NCBI RefSeq assembly: GCF_009914755.1
Contig: NC_060930.1
DNA length: 64,000 nucleotides
From: the human T2T-CHM13v2.0 reference genome, Homo sapiens
Reading direction: 5' to 3' (one strand)
Shown here: in pieces, positions 28,261-44,929 of the stretch
How the letters are laid out: every line of letters starts with the position of its first letter
Numbering within the stretch: position 1 is the stretch's first letter
Position numbers and translations under genes: made by a program
Notes under the pieces: model-generated
The model's database searches: none
What the model was told of the DNA's origin: nothing
What the model saw: the letters and a program-made list of their open reading frames with translations, nothing else

Positions 28261-28749
28261 GTGAAAGGGAAGTAGATATGAAGAGTTATAATATTGCCAA
28301 ATATATTAATAATCTTTCAGAAATGGAACTGTATTCCTGAAAAAGGAACAGATGGAAAAGTAATAGTTTACACTTATCAAAACATTCAACCAGAGGTTTG
28401 CTAATCATAAGTTAGATACATTGGAGGTTGGTTTCCTGTACTGGCTGAAATTCAAGACAAGAAGACTTCAATCCCTAAGGGGTAGATTATGAGGTGTTGT
28501 GCATATTTGTCAGATCTTAGAGAAAAGATTTAGGTAAACAGTATTTTAACAAGTGTTTGTCAAAACCTTTTATGGATGTCTCCCTGTGGTCTTTGCTGAG
28601 GGGAATGTTTTTTAACGTAAAATGCATAGATCACAATATTCACTAGCTTAAAATTTTATTGTATTTGTGTTGAAAAATACCCATATGCATTTAACAAATA
28701 AGTATATTGTATTTTCACTGGAGACTGGATGATTTGCCATTGTTAGTAG

Positions 28750-28945
28750 TAGTATTAATAGTTTTTACTTATTGAATCCCCAAGGCACGTCATCAACACT
28801 GTACCCTACTGTTACTTAATGCTCACAGTGTTGCTGTATAATCTCTATTTTAGAATGAACATATTAATAATCAGAAATTTTATTTAAGTTGCCCAAGTTT
28901 ATTCAGCTAATAAATGCAGCTAATAAACTCAACTGAATTTCAAAA
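28750..28945 (-). mobile_element. MIR SINE
   Basis: 'TCTCTATTTTAGAATGAACA..TTAAGTTGCCCAAGTTTATTCAGCTAATAAATG'. Confidence 0.55.
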
Positions 28946-29327
28946 CTCATGGTGCTTGTTGAGAAGCCAAATAGTCCATTAGAAAACAATCTAAACCACA
29001 CTAAACATTTGTGTGTAATTACAGCAGAGAATACATACATTGGTTATTGATATTAGATAATGTATTTTTTCATAATGAACATTAAATTATAATTTCATAT
29101 ATTGTAATACTTTCTAACATTTCTTGTGACCTAAACATGCTCCAGGCATTATTCAAGGGTACTTTACATGTACTAGATCACTTAGTCATCACCATAAATC
29201 TATGATGAATTACCTTGCTAAGCACTTGCATTTTAGAGATGTTACCTTAATCTCATAGTGTTATTCCAAACATAAAAACTGACATCTGTTTCTGTGAACA
29301 CCCCAGACACACAAACACGTGCACATA

Positions 29328-29349
29328 CACACACACACACACACACACA
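29328..29349. repeat. (CA)n microsatellite
   Basis: Seen directly. Confidence 0.9.
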
Positions 29350-29939
29350 GAAATACACTGCAGTGTTGTGTATATTTTCCCAAATATTTTATCAGGATTT
29401 GGTATTCATTTGCTCTATTTTTGAAGTCATGGAGCATGTAGAATACATCACATTATGATACACAATTAAATAGTATTTTGTTCCTTAGAAATTATATTAA
29501 GAAAAATAAACCTTTGTGTTATTGCCTTAACTTACCATACTAAACCCAAATAATTTAGATTATGATTCTGAAGACCAATAATGAACTTTAATTTTCAGCC
29601 TTATATTTGCTTATTACCAGAATAATTATTTAGTAATTATCCTGAAATTGTCCAATGATAATTTATTACAACAAAGCTATTTTCCCACTGAACCAACACA
29701 AATACCTATGGCTATTCTGTAACTTAATATTAGACCCACCACTTTGATGACTGAATCTATCCAAGTCTTGAAAACGGGTTTGATATTTTTTTATGGAAGT
29801 CGAACCATAGTATTTCTAGAATTTTAATAACTATTATATTTTATGTTTTGTTTACATTGTATTTGTATTCTAATTGCAGTCTGTGGCATTTTATAATGGT
29901 AATAATTTGAATATCAATAAACACAGAGATATCTAGTTA

Positions 29940-30087
29940 AATTAAGTAAATGTAAATAGTTTGTCATCTGTAAAATAGGGATAATAGTATCTAGATTGAA
30001 GGTTTGGATTAGAATTAGAACATAATGCATGCAAAAAGCCCGTGGCAAAGTAAGCAACCAAAAAGTACCCGTTGCTATATTATTATC
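29940..30087 (+). mobile_element. MIR SINE
   Basis: 'TCATCTGTAAAATAGGGATAATAGTATCTA..ATAATGCATGCAAAAAGC..TATTATTAT'. Confidence 0.75.
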
Positions 30088-30377
30088 AGTAAGGCAGGTC
30101 AAGCATTTCAGACCTAGGGAATGGCATAAGCAATCAGGCTTTGAGCCCTCCTGGTTACTCTTGAATGATGCGGTCCATGTTTCACACAAATAAGGTGTAG
30201 GCTTCTTCCCCAGCATCATTAACTGATTCTCACTGGACTGCAAGTTCTGGCAGGAAAGGAGTGGTTTATATTTGGTACAACATTGTAGCCCTGGGCATAA
30301 CATAACACCCAGTTCATAACAGGTGCTCAGTAAGTCTCAGAAAAGAATGTAATTCATTATTGGTTATATTTGGTTAT

Positions 30378-30845
30378 TGCGTTTGTTTCCTAGATCTGCT
30401 GGTACAAATTACCACAAACCAGAAGGCTTAAAACAAACAACAGAAATCTACTCTCTGACAGTTATGGAAGTTAGAAATCCAGATCAGTTTTACTAGGATA
30501 AAATCAGTGTGTACAGGGCTGTGCTCCCTACAGAGGATCTAGGAAAAAATTAATGCCTTGCCTCTTCCAGCGTTTTGTGGCTTGTGTTTCCATTGCTCTG
30601 ATCTTTGCCTCACGCTCATATTGCCTTCTCCTCTTCTGTCTGTTTCAAATTTTCCTCTGCCTCCCTTATAAGTACCCATGTAGTTGCATTTAGGACCCAC
30701 CCTGATAATCCAGAATAATCTATTAGTCTCAAAATCCTTAACTTTACCACATCTTCAAAGTTCCTTTTTGCCACATAAAGTAACATTATAGGTTCCAGCA
30801 ATTCGATATTAGATACCTTTGGTGATCATTATTTATCCTACCACA
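30378..30845 (-). mobile_element. MaLR solo LTR (MLT1B/C-like)
   Basis: 'AAATTACCACAAACC..GGCTTAAAACA..ACAGAAAT..CCTTGCCTCTTCCAGC..TTTAGGACCCACCCTGATAATCCAG..CCTACCACA'. Confidence 0.85.
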
Positions 30846-33800
30846 GTTTTGATTTTCATATTTTTGTTCTTCCTCTCTGGCAGTTTATGTATAACGGTTT
30901 ATGGTGTTATAAGTATATATTATGTTATTTACTAAAGAATTCTAACTCCTTAAGGTTCACAGATATGTTGACTAAAGTGAGCCTTTTTCCTTTTCAGAAT
31001 TTCCAGTACTTATTGAATAAAGTCCATTTCTTCATTTGGAGGGACAGAACTGTGATAACTTACTTTGTGTTGTTTTTCTTTGATTATTTATGTGATATAC
31101 TTTTAGTTTAAAAGTATTCAAAATTCAGAAAACTTTTTTTTAAAAAAGGAAATATGTAAATCACTATTACATCACTCCCTCAAACCAAGTTTTACTTAGA
31201 AATGTGCTGAGCACCATTTAGTTGACATGGTAGCATATGTCATATTCTTTACTAAGCCGCTTCTCACCAAAGCAAATCACTAAAAATAAGACAACTGATA
31301 AAAGTAAAAATCTACCATAACACACTCTGACGATGGTATGGTATATATGGACAAGACTAACTAGAAGTTAATAGACACATAAAAATTATAATAGTTATGG
31401 AAGTGATTTTGATTTCAGGCACTAATGTTACAAGGTGGGAAAATGTTTTCTCCCTTACAAGAATGCGGTCAGGCCACTGGAAGAATTCCTAATGCTGGAA
31501 AACAATCAGGATCCTGGACACTTAATCCATGTTCTGTTCTGTGCATCTGCTTCATTATTTTCTTCCTGTAGTCTGATTTGCTCTGTCCCACAAAGCACAA
31601 AGAAGAAAATGAACTTGATCTCACTGTTTACATGCTCTCTCAGTCCAAATTAAAATTCCTTGAAAGGGACCCTAATTGCCCCTTCCTAGGTCAGATTCCA
31701 GTGTCATAAGTCCAGTAGGTTGGGTAATATTATGGCATGTTCCCTGCTGTTATTGTTATGGGTGATAGTAAAAGAAAATTCATTTGAAGTGATGAGACCT
31801 GGCAATCAATATCTGCTTACATTTCAGTGGACCTCTGGAAGCCCAGCCTCCATCTATCTTCTAACTAAATCTAGACATGTCTAAAACCTAGGGGGTTGGG
31901 GTTTAGCCTTTATGGTCTTTCCATAGCATATGCCTAGTTATATAAACTATTAAGGCAAGTTTGACTTGTGTTGAATATTGCTGTTTTAAAGAACTTGGTT
32001 ACTGTTTCTTTCAGCCCGTCTTTCCTTCTGGTATCAATCTCATCTGTTTCTCTATGAAATATTTGTTTGTTCTCTTATTTGAACAATGTTCTCTACGCTG
32101 CAAATACACATGAGGGATCACTCTTTTGCTTTGGAGGTATACTATTGTTCTGTGTATTACCATATTCTTTCTTCATGTCTCTGACTTTCTACATACAAAT
32201 TGGACTTATTAAGAACCATAGCGTCTCAGAACTTTGGTCAGTGTGCTCATTTATCATGTCAGGTATAATTATGAATAATCCATTTCTCAGTATTTTCAAA
32301 ATATCCTAGTTTCATTTAGCTCAAAGATCTTGGAGAAAATAATAAATTTACTGCATTAAATGTGAATCAAAGGTAAAACAACTGAGTAAAATGTCTAGAG
32401 GAAAAAGTTAAACCTGTGGCATTTTCCGTATGTGGAGTCCAGCAGCATCCTTTTTCTGGCTGCTAGATGGTAGTTGGCCAAATGAGACAAATGTTTAGTT
32501 CTCTGGGGTGAGCTATTTCTTCTTGATGATACTGTGTTCTGGGTCTAATCAAATATAGAGCTTAAATATTTTCACCATAAAGATATTAACAAATGCTCTG
32601 ACTCAGTGATGTGCAGTGTTGTGTCTGCTGAGAGCGTAGGCTTCTCGGTAGACCTTAGGGATGACAATGAAAAAGCCGAAAACTATAAGGAGCAACCAGG
32701 GGAGGTCATTTATGTTTTCAATTTCTAATAAACTCCACTGTTTTTAAATTTTAGATTGGCTTCTTTAGCACCACAAGCAGCCCACTAGAGCTCCAAGCTT
32801 TGCCTGCTACCACATGCGACAATAAGGGAAAATGACCAGAGTCAACAATTAGTGCATATTTGTGTGTCCAGGGACTTGTGATTATCAAATTAGAAATCTG
32901 TCCCTTAATTGTTAAATTGCCAATACAACCTTTTCACATTTCCAAGTTTATCTTAATGCTGCTGGAATTGTACTTTAAAATCACAGTAGTAAATTTATGT
33001 AGGACTAGCGAAAAAGAAAAAATGGCATACATGGATTCCCATGTGTTTCCTATGTGTGCATGTTACAAGGATGGAATTACAGTGACTTCTAAGAAAGTGA
33101 TAAAATATCTGCTTGATACATGAATCATGTTCTAAACATTCAGGTCCAGACATATGGTGAGACTTTGTGTCAGGGACAGCAGTATTACAGGCTCAGTTTG
33201 TTGAGTCCTATATATTCTTGCCAGTTTTGCTCCATAGGATCTAAATAATTTTTAGTGTCAGTCTTTAAAAGACTTCTGTTTCATTGCAAATTTAGAATTG
33301 AAAACTAAATATAATTTGAGAAATTTTTTTGAAGATGGAATATTCTGTTATTCCCAGGAATCTTATGAACTTGAGTGTCATTATACATTGTTATTTCTGG
33401 GAGGATTTATTTAGTATTTAATAATTTAGCACTAGACTTCAGTTGTTTTTGCATACGCTATAAAGGTAGAACAAATTCCCTTTGTTTTCAATTTTATTAG
33501 TAGTATTAATAATTAAAATAATCTTGGGATTGGATTTTAGTAGCCAATGTCCAATATGATATAAATATTGAGATTTTAGCAAAAATAGATCATTATTTTC
33601 AATGCTAAGCATTTAATTTTAAGTCCAGGATGTTTTATTCAGGTTTTACAAGTTAGTACCAATTTAGTAATTATCTACAAATCAATTTAATTAAGTCAGG
33701 TTCATATTTTTATGTACTTAATATAATTATAAAATAAAAGAAGTTGGCAAACCCATATGTCATCATAACTGCATATTAGACACGGTTACATAAAATATTG

Positions 33801-35224
33801 TTTCGTAGACATAATTTACTGTGTAAGATCAATGACGAGAGTAGGAAAGCTTAGCAAATATATGGCTTTAATTAATAATCAATAATAATGATAGCAACAA
33901 TAATAAATTTTCTTCTACAGTAGTCAATCCCAAAGGTATGTGAAAGCCTAAGTAAAAAATAAGTTAAGAATAGATTTTCTTTAGAGAAGATAATTCTCCC
34001 TGTCTGTCTATATACGATTTGAAAGAAATAAAAGCACATATCATCACTGTATATATAGGAAGAACAGCATGTTTACTTAGCAGAAAATTTAAAGTATCTA
34101 TACTTGCATTTATAGTAATCTGTTCATGCATTAATAATATCAGGATGGTTAAAATAGACTTAATTAGTGTTCAAGACGACAGTGAATTTACCTTTTGTGG
34201 TGCTATAAAAAAGAAAAAGAGCAGATACATTGTGTTTTAAATAATATATGTTAGATAATGTTTTATTTTCTCTTGATTTATAGTAAACTGATTTTAACAA
34301 TGATGATTTTGCTTGCACTTTTCAACTGTTCATTATGTTAATGGTTTTGCTTTCATTCACAGAATTATATAGATTTGTAGTGACACAGAAGCAACTGTTT
34401 TTCTAATTTAAAATATTTTAAAATTTTATTTAAAAATAATTCATAATTATTCTGCAAAATTAGGAATTACAGATAATACAGAAGAAAGGATATTTGCTAT
34501 CTTGTCATCTAAAGATGTATCTATTAAGATTGTTTTGCATATCATTCTAGATTATTTTCAAATAAGTTTATCATTTTTTCAACCAAAAATGTAGGTATAC
34601 TATACACATTATTTATAATTTGAGTTAGCATCATATTGAAGGCATCTCATTAAAATATTTTGAAATTCTTATGTATAGAAATTACCTCTTCAATAATATA
34701 ATTTAATATAACAGATATTTCACTGTATGACCATTTTTTATTTCTGTTTTGTGGAAAATTTAAGATTAGTGTTATTTTAGCCACCATTTTGTATTTTATG
34801 TATAGAACCTAAATTAAATTTATTTATAGTTATCTGTAGCTTTTCACAGATTACAAAATCACAAGTAAAATGTTATTTTAATAGTTAGTAATATATAAGA
34901 CACCAGCATGTGTCTTTTAAAGGTAATTGATAAGAGAATATTTCTTTGGATTTGCCTATTGTTTTTTTTTTCCAATTTTTAGATTTTTTAAAGGCTTTTT
35001 AATGATCCTACCACTATCTGGAATTTTAAGAGAATGAAAATATCCAAAGCTTCTTTTCAATATAGTATCTGAAAATACAAATAGGATCTTTGAAATGGGT
35101 ACTGAGCCTTTATCATTTCAGTTTCGAATATGTTGAAATAAAATGGAGAAATCTTAAATTAAAAAAAACACTGTAAAATGTGGCAGTGGGTTCAAATGCA
35201 ATGCTTCCTTTATTGTACATTGAT

Positions 35225-35990
35225 TCATTTATTAAGCAACAATTACGAATATCCCCATAACATGCCAAAAGCTGGAAATAAACCTGTCAACAAGATAGAC
35301 ATATTTTCTGTCTAGACAGAGCCTAAGAGAAGGCATACAGATGTGCGAACTGAACACTTTAACAGTGTGTGAGAGAGAAGGGTGGGATCTTTTAAACCAG
35401 ATCCAAGTAAGATTAAGAGAAGGAGTCCTAGAGAATGAGATTCTTAAGATGAGTTGGAGTAGTATGCCAGGCAAACAAAAAGAGCAACGGAAAACATGTG
35501 TTAGGGAGAGAACTTCAAGTGTGGAAACCCAAACAACAAAGAATTGCCTGGAGAGGAATGTTAAGATGTGTAGAATGACTGGAACACTGAGTGTAAGATG
35601 TTGGTTCTTATTGTTGTAGTGGAATTCCAAAGAGGGGCCAGATCATATGAGACCCCTGTGCAAAGGGTGTTGACTTTATCAAAGAAGTAATAAATGACCA
35701 TCAGAGGTCTCGAAAAGAGGTGACATGACATAGAGGTTTGCATGCAATAACAATGACACAGGATTCAAATTGGAGAATAGTTTGGAAGGAGACAATATTA
35801 GATGAAAAAATTACATTGATTTAATAATACAGTATAGAAATAATGGTAACTCACAATGTTGTTGTGGCATTAAAATTAGAGAGAAGTGGATCAATTGAAT
35901 TCTGGGGAAGGTGAATAAGAATAATTCAAGATGGTACCCACGTTTTCCACCTGATGTCTTGCAGAGGTAGTGATGTCTTTCACATAAAAT
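35225..35990 (-). mobile_element. L2 LINE relic
   Basis: 'TTCATTTATTAAGCAAC..GGGGCCAGATCATATGAGACCC..TTGACTTTATC..GTGACATGACATAGAGG'. Confidence 0.65.
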
Positions 35991-36289
35991 TCTCAAAGGA
36001 GATAAGACCATAAATTTGCATAAAGTTCATAAGTGTATTTGTGGCACCATATTTGAAGTAGCTTTTTAATTTCTGCAAAACATTTGTCATAGCAAATGCT
36101 ATTGATTTGAATTTTTTAATTGGTTGGTAAAAAACTACCAATATTGTTTAATTAGTAGATCATTTTGTTGTATTTTTAAGTTATTTGTAGCTTATTTAAT
36201 GTTTGAATATGTTTAAGTGATAGTGGCGGATACACAAGAATATTTTCTTTTTCCTTTAAAAATAATTTATTGAGAGTATACACATCATT

Positions 36290-38765
<2,476 letters not shown>

Positions 38766-39140
38766 TCAGAACAACAGGAAAACCATTGCTACTCTAAGGC
38801 AGAAGGGGCAATGGCTGAAGCCTCGGAGGAGGGACTGCTCAATAGGAGCTGTGCCTATAAAGGAACACAGAGTCTACCAGGTTTTCAGCCAGGGAGGTGC
38901 CACAGGGAAATCTGGGGGTGGGGTTAGTGTGAAGAAATATTTTGATCTCTCCATTTCTCTGCCTTCTGCTCTTCTCTGGCACCTAGCATTGGCTGAACCC
39001 TGTGGGAAGCTATATGGCAAAAGGGCCTGGGTGATGCAGCTCATATAAATCAGTTTCCTGTGGCTCAGAGATCACAAGAAATAGAAATGGGTAAAGGGTC
39101 ATAGGATAAACCAGTGTGCAAGGAAAGAAGTATCTACAAA
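38766..39140. mobile_element. ERVL LTR33-like relic
   Basis: 'CATTGGCTGAACCC..GGAAGCT..GGCAAAAGGGCCTGGGTGATGCAG' resembles LTR33. Confidence 0.55.
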
Positions 39141-40519
39141 ACACCAACTAAATACTCACTTTTTTCCTAGCGTATTGAAAATGGTTTTAGTTACTGTGAA
39201 TGGAAAGCAATTTCATGACTTTAAGCAATTTATAGTTAAGTTGCAAAGTAACCACACTAATATTTTAAATACAATCATGGCTACAGAATGTTTTTGAAAA
39301 CATATACAGAAGTACTGATGGGGGTGTGCAAAATATTTCAGAATGGGGATGAGCATGGAACATGATTTGCCTTTGGTCTTGCACATCATATAATAGGAAA
39401 AGTGCTATACATGTAGACAAAAATTATTTTACCAGTAGTATAAAAATGGCATTTTCCTGTGCTTGTTGTCCCAGAAGAGCAGAAATATACTGAATACACT
39501 TTCATGGCAACTGGCCACCATCTTTTCTCCCTACACTTGAAGTTGTCATTGTTAGGATGGAGCCTATTTGCACGGCAATGTGCAAAAATAATATCCCCTC
39601 TGCCTCTCTGAGTCTTGCCCTCTATTCAAAGTGCTTAATATTTCTGGCTCATCCATGTTAGATGCTTTGTCAGATGCAAATTCTTAAGTTCTACAGAGGA
39701 AGAAGGGGGTGGGAAATAAATGGTTTGGTCTCTGCCAAGTTTAAAATCAATGTTCACAAATGTATATTTTTCAATTAATAATGTCCCATTTCTCACAAAA
39801 TTGTTGAGTAATAACCACCTAGTCCTACACATGTTCAAGTTGATAGAAGCTGTACATTTATATTGTAACCTAACATATATGACCTTCAGTGAGCCACTCA
39901 TGCTGATAAGTCTGCCCTATTGTAAAGAAACATAATCAGCATATAGAAAGTATTTAGACAAAAATAATTTTTGAGACTTTAAAAAAAATTTCTGATACCT
40001 TTACTTCTCTTAGGAATCTAGGATTTCATGTGCAGATTTGGAGTTATGAAATTTGACATGCAGAACATAACAATATAAAATATTGGCTGATTTGTAAACA
40101 CTCGCTTCATTGCTACTTTGTGAAAACAAAATTTCCTAGCTGAGAATTTGCAGTACATTTTCAATCTAGTCTTAAAACAACAATGAATATCTTACATGTG
40201 AACATTATTTTATAGGGAAGAAAATCCTATACCAGCTACTTTATCACGTAGTCTTCAAAACTCTGAGAAACAGATATGTGGATTCTATTTTAGAGATGAA
40301 GATAATAGATAGTGACATCAAGTGACTTACCCCAAATCACGTAGGCTTGAATTTTCAAGGTTATTTTTTTAGCTACTCCCAATGACTGTAACACATGTTT
40401 TCACATCAAGAGTTAACTGATAATAAAATTGATATTGTTAAAAACAAGGAAATGAGATATGAGTAATTTCAAAATGTGCTTCAGTTATGGCTAGAGTTCA
40501 CAGGCCTTTGTTATATTTG

Positions 40520-40740
40520 AAAGCATGGGATTGTAGTTAGAAAATAATCTGTGTTCAAAGCATAGGTCTGCCATTTTGTGGCCTTGTAGACATTGAACAA
40601 GTACCTTAACCTCTATCAGCCAGGTTTTCTTATCTCAGTAACAAGCAATAATTCCTGGTTTTTAGAGTTATTTTGAAGATAAAATGAGATAATACATGAA
40701 AAAGCCTTTAAAAACCTGCTCAATACTTATTAAATATCTT
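40520..40740 (+). mobile_element. MIR SINE
   Basis: 'GAACAAGTACCTTAACCTCT..TTTCTTATCT..GAAGATAAAATGAGATAATACATGAAAAAGC'. Confidence 0.7.
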
Positions 40741-41784
40741 ATATGTCCTTTCTCATTGCAAATATTTGCAAAATTGCTTACTGAAGACTTATGTGTGGTA
40801 GGCTTTACAAATTATCAAATTAGGCTAATTATGGACAAGGATAGTTAGCAAAATTGATCCTGGTTATTGAGTTTTTAACACCCTAGAGCCATTTTCTCTT
40901 TTCTTGAAGATGGAACAAGTACTTTCAAGGCCAATGGAATCCAAATTATGATGCTGGTATTTGGAAATATAGATAAATTTAAAAACTAAATTAGAGAATT
41001 TTTTGAAGTCCGTGGAACAGAAATTGTTTCCTAAAGTGGCTGATGTAACAGTTGCGACTCACTCAGACTCCATGAGGAAGAGTGTAAAATGGTATTGTAA
41101 TATTAATGCCTCAGTGCCAATAATTGCATATTGCTTTTATTTCTATGGACTAATGTTTTAATCAGTCTTATTATAGTAGAACAAGGGAGCAGAGATGCCG
41201 ATTACAGTAAGTATCAAAAAGAATTATACTACATGCAAGGGTATCATAAAGAAGAGATTTTACATTACCTTTTTCTTTGGCTTCTATTCATTAATTTTCC
41301 ACACTATTTGCATTGAGATCAATATTCACAGAGCTTGTAATTAGAAGAATCATTAGGTATTAGAATTAGCTTTAGTTACAAAAAAGGAATAGGAGACTAA
41401 TGAATGATCTGACTTGTCACTAAACACCTATAATGCTTCTGAATTCTTTAACACAAAATCCAAAATGTAAGAAAGAAATAAGCCAAACACACATATATTT
41501 TGTTTTTTAAGAAAGTTTTTTTGGCAGCCCTTTCATATGTGTGTAGCAAATGAGTGTTGCCACTTCTTAGCAGCATCTTAATTATCTCTATGTTTGGAAA
41601 CAAAATATAGAAAGAGGACTGAGTTTCGCTTAACTGGATGCAGTTGTGTTATTTTCAGGTTAAGTCTAGTAGTTTGTATATGAATGAATCTTAAGTAATC
41701 AAATGGAAACATTATTTTCTAAGGCGTCAATGAGGAGCAATGCCCTAGTCTAGCCAGTGTGGAGGATACAAAATGGACTGAAAA

Positions 41785-41839
41785 TGCGTGTGTGTGTGTG
41801 GTGGGGGTGTGGAGGGTAGGGGGTGAGTGGGAGAGGGGG
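41785..41839 (+). repeat. (GT)n followed by G-rich tract (G-quadruplex motif)
   Basis: G5-N6-G3-N2-G5-N5-G3-N3-G5 at 41803-41839. Confidence 0.7.
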
Positions 41840-42479
41840 AATAACTTATCAGAAAGGAAAGAGAAATGTCTAGGACAAATGGTCATGTGAGAAAAAGAGC
41901 TTGTCTAAGATCAGTGAGGAACTCTTCTTGGAGGAGGCAAAATTTCTGGGGTTATGGAAAGAAGGACCACACATCCCAATTTGCTGGCACAGATTCAGCA
42001 TACTTACGAATAGCACCCTCTTTGCCTCTCAAAACTATCCTTGTTTGCACCAAAAAATTTACACAAGCAATAGAGAAGTTTTAATTATTCCTTCTCCATG
42101 TTTAAACTGTGTTTTTTGAACAAAGAAGAGTTTCCTTTCTGTTTTGGGGCCAATATTATTTATTACAATAGCTAAAAATTTTTAAATGGAATCATGGCAA
42201 GTGTTAGTAATTTTCACTGCAGTTTGCTGCATATATGAATTTTTAAATATTTTCTTTCTTCCTCTGAAGATAAACAGAAAAATCAATTTTCAGTTTGTGG
42301 AGCTTAGAACGTTAAATAAGAGCTCTATGTAAAGCAATGATCACATTTTTGTGAATAGAATTATAGCTAAAATGAAGAGTCCAGAAATGTAATGCATTCC
42401 AGCTCACTTATTATCTGTAAAATTAGAAAGGCACCCTTGTGTAAAGATTAAATATCTGACTAAGATTCAAAAGACAAGG

Positions 42480-42595
42480 GATGGCTCTGTGTGACCTTGG
42501 GCCATAACTTTTCTTATCTAAATTTAAGTTTCCTCATCTTTGAAATGACAGGGTTAAAATATATGATCATTAAGGTCTCACCCAGCTCTAATAGA
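42480..42595 (+). mobile_element. MIR3/MIR fragment
   Basis: 'TGTGTGACCTTGGGC..AGTTTCCTCATCTTTGAAATGA..TAAGGTCTCACCCAGCTCTAA'. Confidence 0.65.
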
Positions 42596-42974
42596 CTATT
42601 ATTTGAAATTCAAATAGGTTAATACAAATTTTACTCTTGGTAGTGAAACTTTCCTGAAGTGATTGCTTAAAATAATTGAGAAAAAAAGGGTAAAAGTCTT
42701 CAAAAGAAAGCACAGAAATGTGTCTGAAGAAAGCATAATAGAGACTGAAACCAATGAGCAACTATGAAAGGCTTTCTTTATAAATGCATGTTTAATATTA
42801 ATTAATATATACTTCTTGTTACTTTATTCTTAAACTTGAAATTGCATCAAATTACTTCAGCTGCTTGTTGAAGCAGATTCTAAAACCCACTTTCAGGTGT
42901 CCTGAAGGCAATTATCATGCTGTATAGCAATATTTCCAATTATTTTTCTCAAGTGAAAGGTCCAAAATATTACA

Positions 42975-43460
42975 CTGCTTTAGACTGTGTTCTCCCAGAA
43001 AGAGATCCTGAGGCAAAGATTTAGGAACAAGTGACTTACTAAGAAGAAACTGCTGAGAAGTGCAAATGTGGGGAAGCAGAGCAGGGAAGGCGATCTCCAG
43101 GGAAGATTGTATTAATAACTTCAAGTGATGTCCTGCACTCGCCCTGATCCATTAGGAGTTCTAGATTATGGACGAGAGTTTTCTCAGCAAAAGGGCTGGG
43201 CTTTTGTACCCTGACACCAGTCACTGGCTGTGGGTCAACAGTTGGAAGTGGGTAGAAGTGGGATTGAATGGGGATGTAAATTTCCATGCATTTCTAGCTC
43301 TTCCAACTGAAAAGATAGTTCTAATGCTTCAGAGAGATCCCCAGAAGTCATTTTCAGGTGAGAACTTTTAGCAGAAAAATGAGCGGAAGCTGGGAGACAG
43401 AGCACAGTGTCCAAAAAGGGGATGTGAAGGTTTCTCAGCAGAACTCAGAGTGCTCACTGC
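42975..43460 (-). mobile_element. ERVL solo LTR (LTR16-like)
   Basis: 'TTCTCCCAGAAAGAGATCCTGAGGCAAAGATTT..GGCTGGGCTTTTGTACCC..CCAGTCACTGGCTGTGGG..CACTGCA'. Confidence 0.7.
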
Positions 43461-44229
43461 AGCTACTCACTCACCTCTCACAGTTTTTGTGGTCCAACTA
43501 ACATGAGAAGTGTTATATGCTACACCTTCTTCTGAGATTGATAATGCACAATAGCATATTATAGGTCTTATGTAGTAACAGAATAAATAAATTATTCATT
43601 TTTGCTCCAATCCAGTATTACTCAAATAAATTTGACTAATTTATCTCATAACTACCATATGGAAAAAAAACCCACTGGAAATGCGGCAATATGACATCAA
43701 GAATTTTTAAAGAAGAAAATTTCATTAAAATATAGCTTTTTGTTTCAAAATAGTATCTAACAGCCACCCTGTGAAGTAGAACAGGTATCCACAAATATAC
43801 TTATTAAGGAATGGGTATACACGTACTACAAATTCACACTAACAATAAGAGATGACTGTCAAAGTATTATGATAAACTTGAGGGATTTACTATGGCCAAA
43901 GAGCCTGAGGAAATGGGATTGAAAAATAAAAGTCATAGACTAAACAGCCTTATGTTTGCAATTCATTAGGAGACATATTCTGCTTTTGGTTCCTAAATTC
44001 AAGATCTATATCCACAGGAAAGGCAATTGACTGTCTCTCTCCTGGGAATATGACACTTACTGAGGCAACATACCGACCTTAGCCCCTCCCCATTACATCC
44101 ATCAGTATAAATTTGATTTTTATATTTAGCTGAAATCTGCCACATCAAAGAGGAGAACCTAGACAAAAAGAAAGATTAACTGGCGGTGACTCATCACTCC
44201 TGGGAATGTAATAATAACTAAGCTTATTT

Positions 44230-44420
44230 TCTTCTATGTGGTCTAGGCAGTGTCATGAGCTTTACATGTGCCACTTCATATAATTCACATGACCATCTTG
44301 AGAAGTAGGTGATTATAAAACTAATTTAATGAGATTGGGAAATTTGTTAAAAGCTATAAAACTAGAAAGTGATTGAGTGGAGATTCAAAACTAGGTCTTT
44401 CTGAATTCTCATTAGACCAT
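44230..44420 (-). mobile_element. MIR SINE
   Basis: 'GCTTTACATGTG..TCATAATTCACATGACCATCTTGAGAAGTAGG..GGAGATTCAAAACTAGGTCTTTCTGA'. Confidence 0.6.
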
Positions 44421-44929
44421 GCTAACTGTAGTTAGGGCAGTCAAGATTAGGTTTTTCTACCTAATCAGAGAAATATTAAGCTAGAGGTAGGAGGCAAGCT
44501 CTTCTGAAAGAGCTGCCTGATAGAAAAGTATTTTTTAACAAAGCAAATCTGTTTTAAAATCTAGATCCTCAATTATGTTTTCAGTTTGTCATTTAAAAGA
44601 GTTGACTGGCACTGGAATGAACAGATAGCAAGATCAAAGATATTCTTACACATTGCCTGTTGGCAAATACAGACTGGATATAGCTCTCACCTTCCTAGGA
44701 GATTCATATAGATAAGCTGGGGTTATGAATTAATGTTGTGAAACAATGGTAAGAGAACATCTTGAAGATTCAGACATTCTGAAAATCATTTCCTCTAAGA
44801 ACTGGAAGGAAATTATAGAACCCCGTTTGACATCTTTAATAAGAAATAGAGTCTATGAAACAGAAACAAACCCCACAGAATTTTGAAAAAGAAAAAAAAA
44901 AGAGAGATAATAATGTTTTCAGGGAAAGT

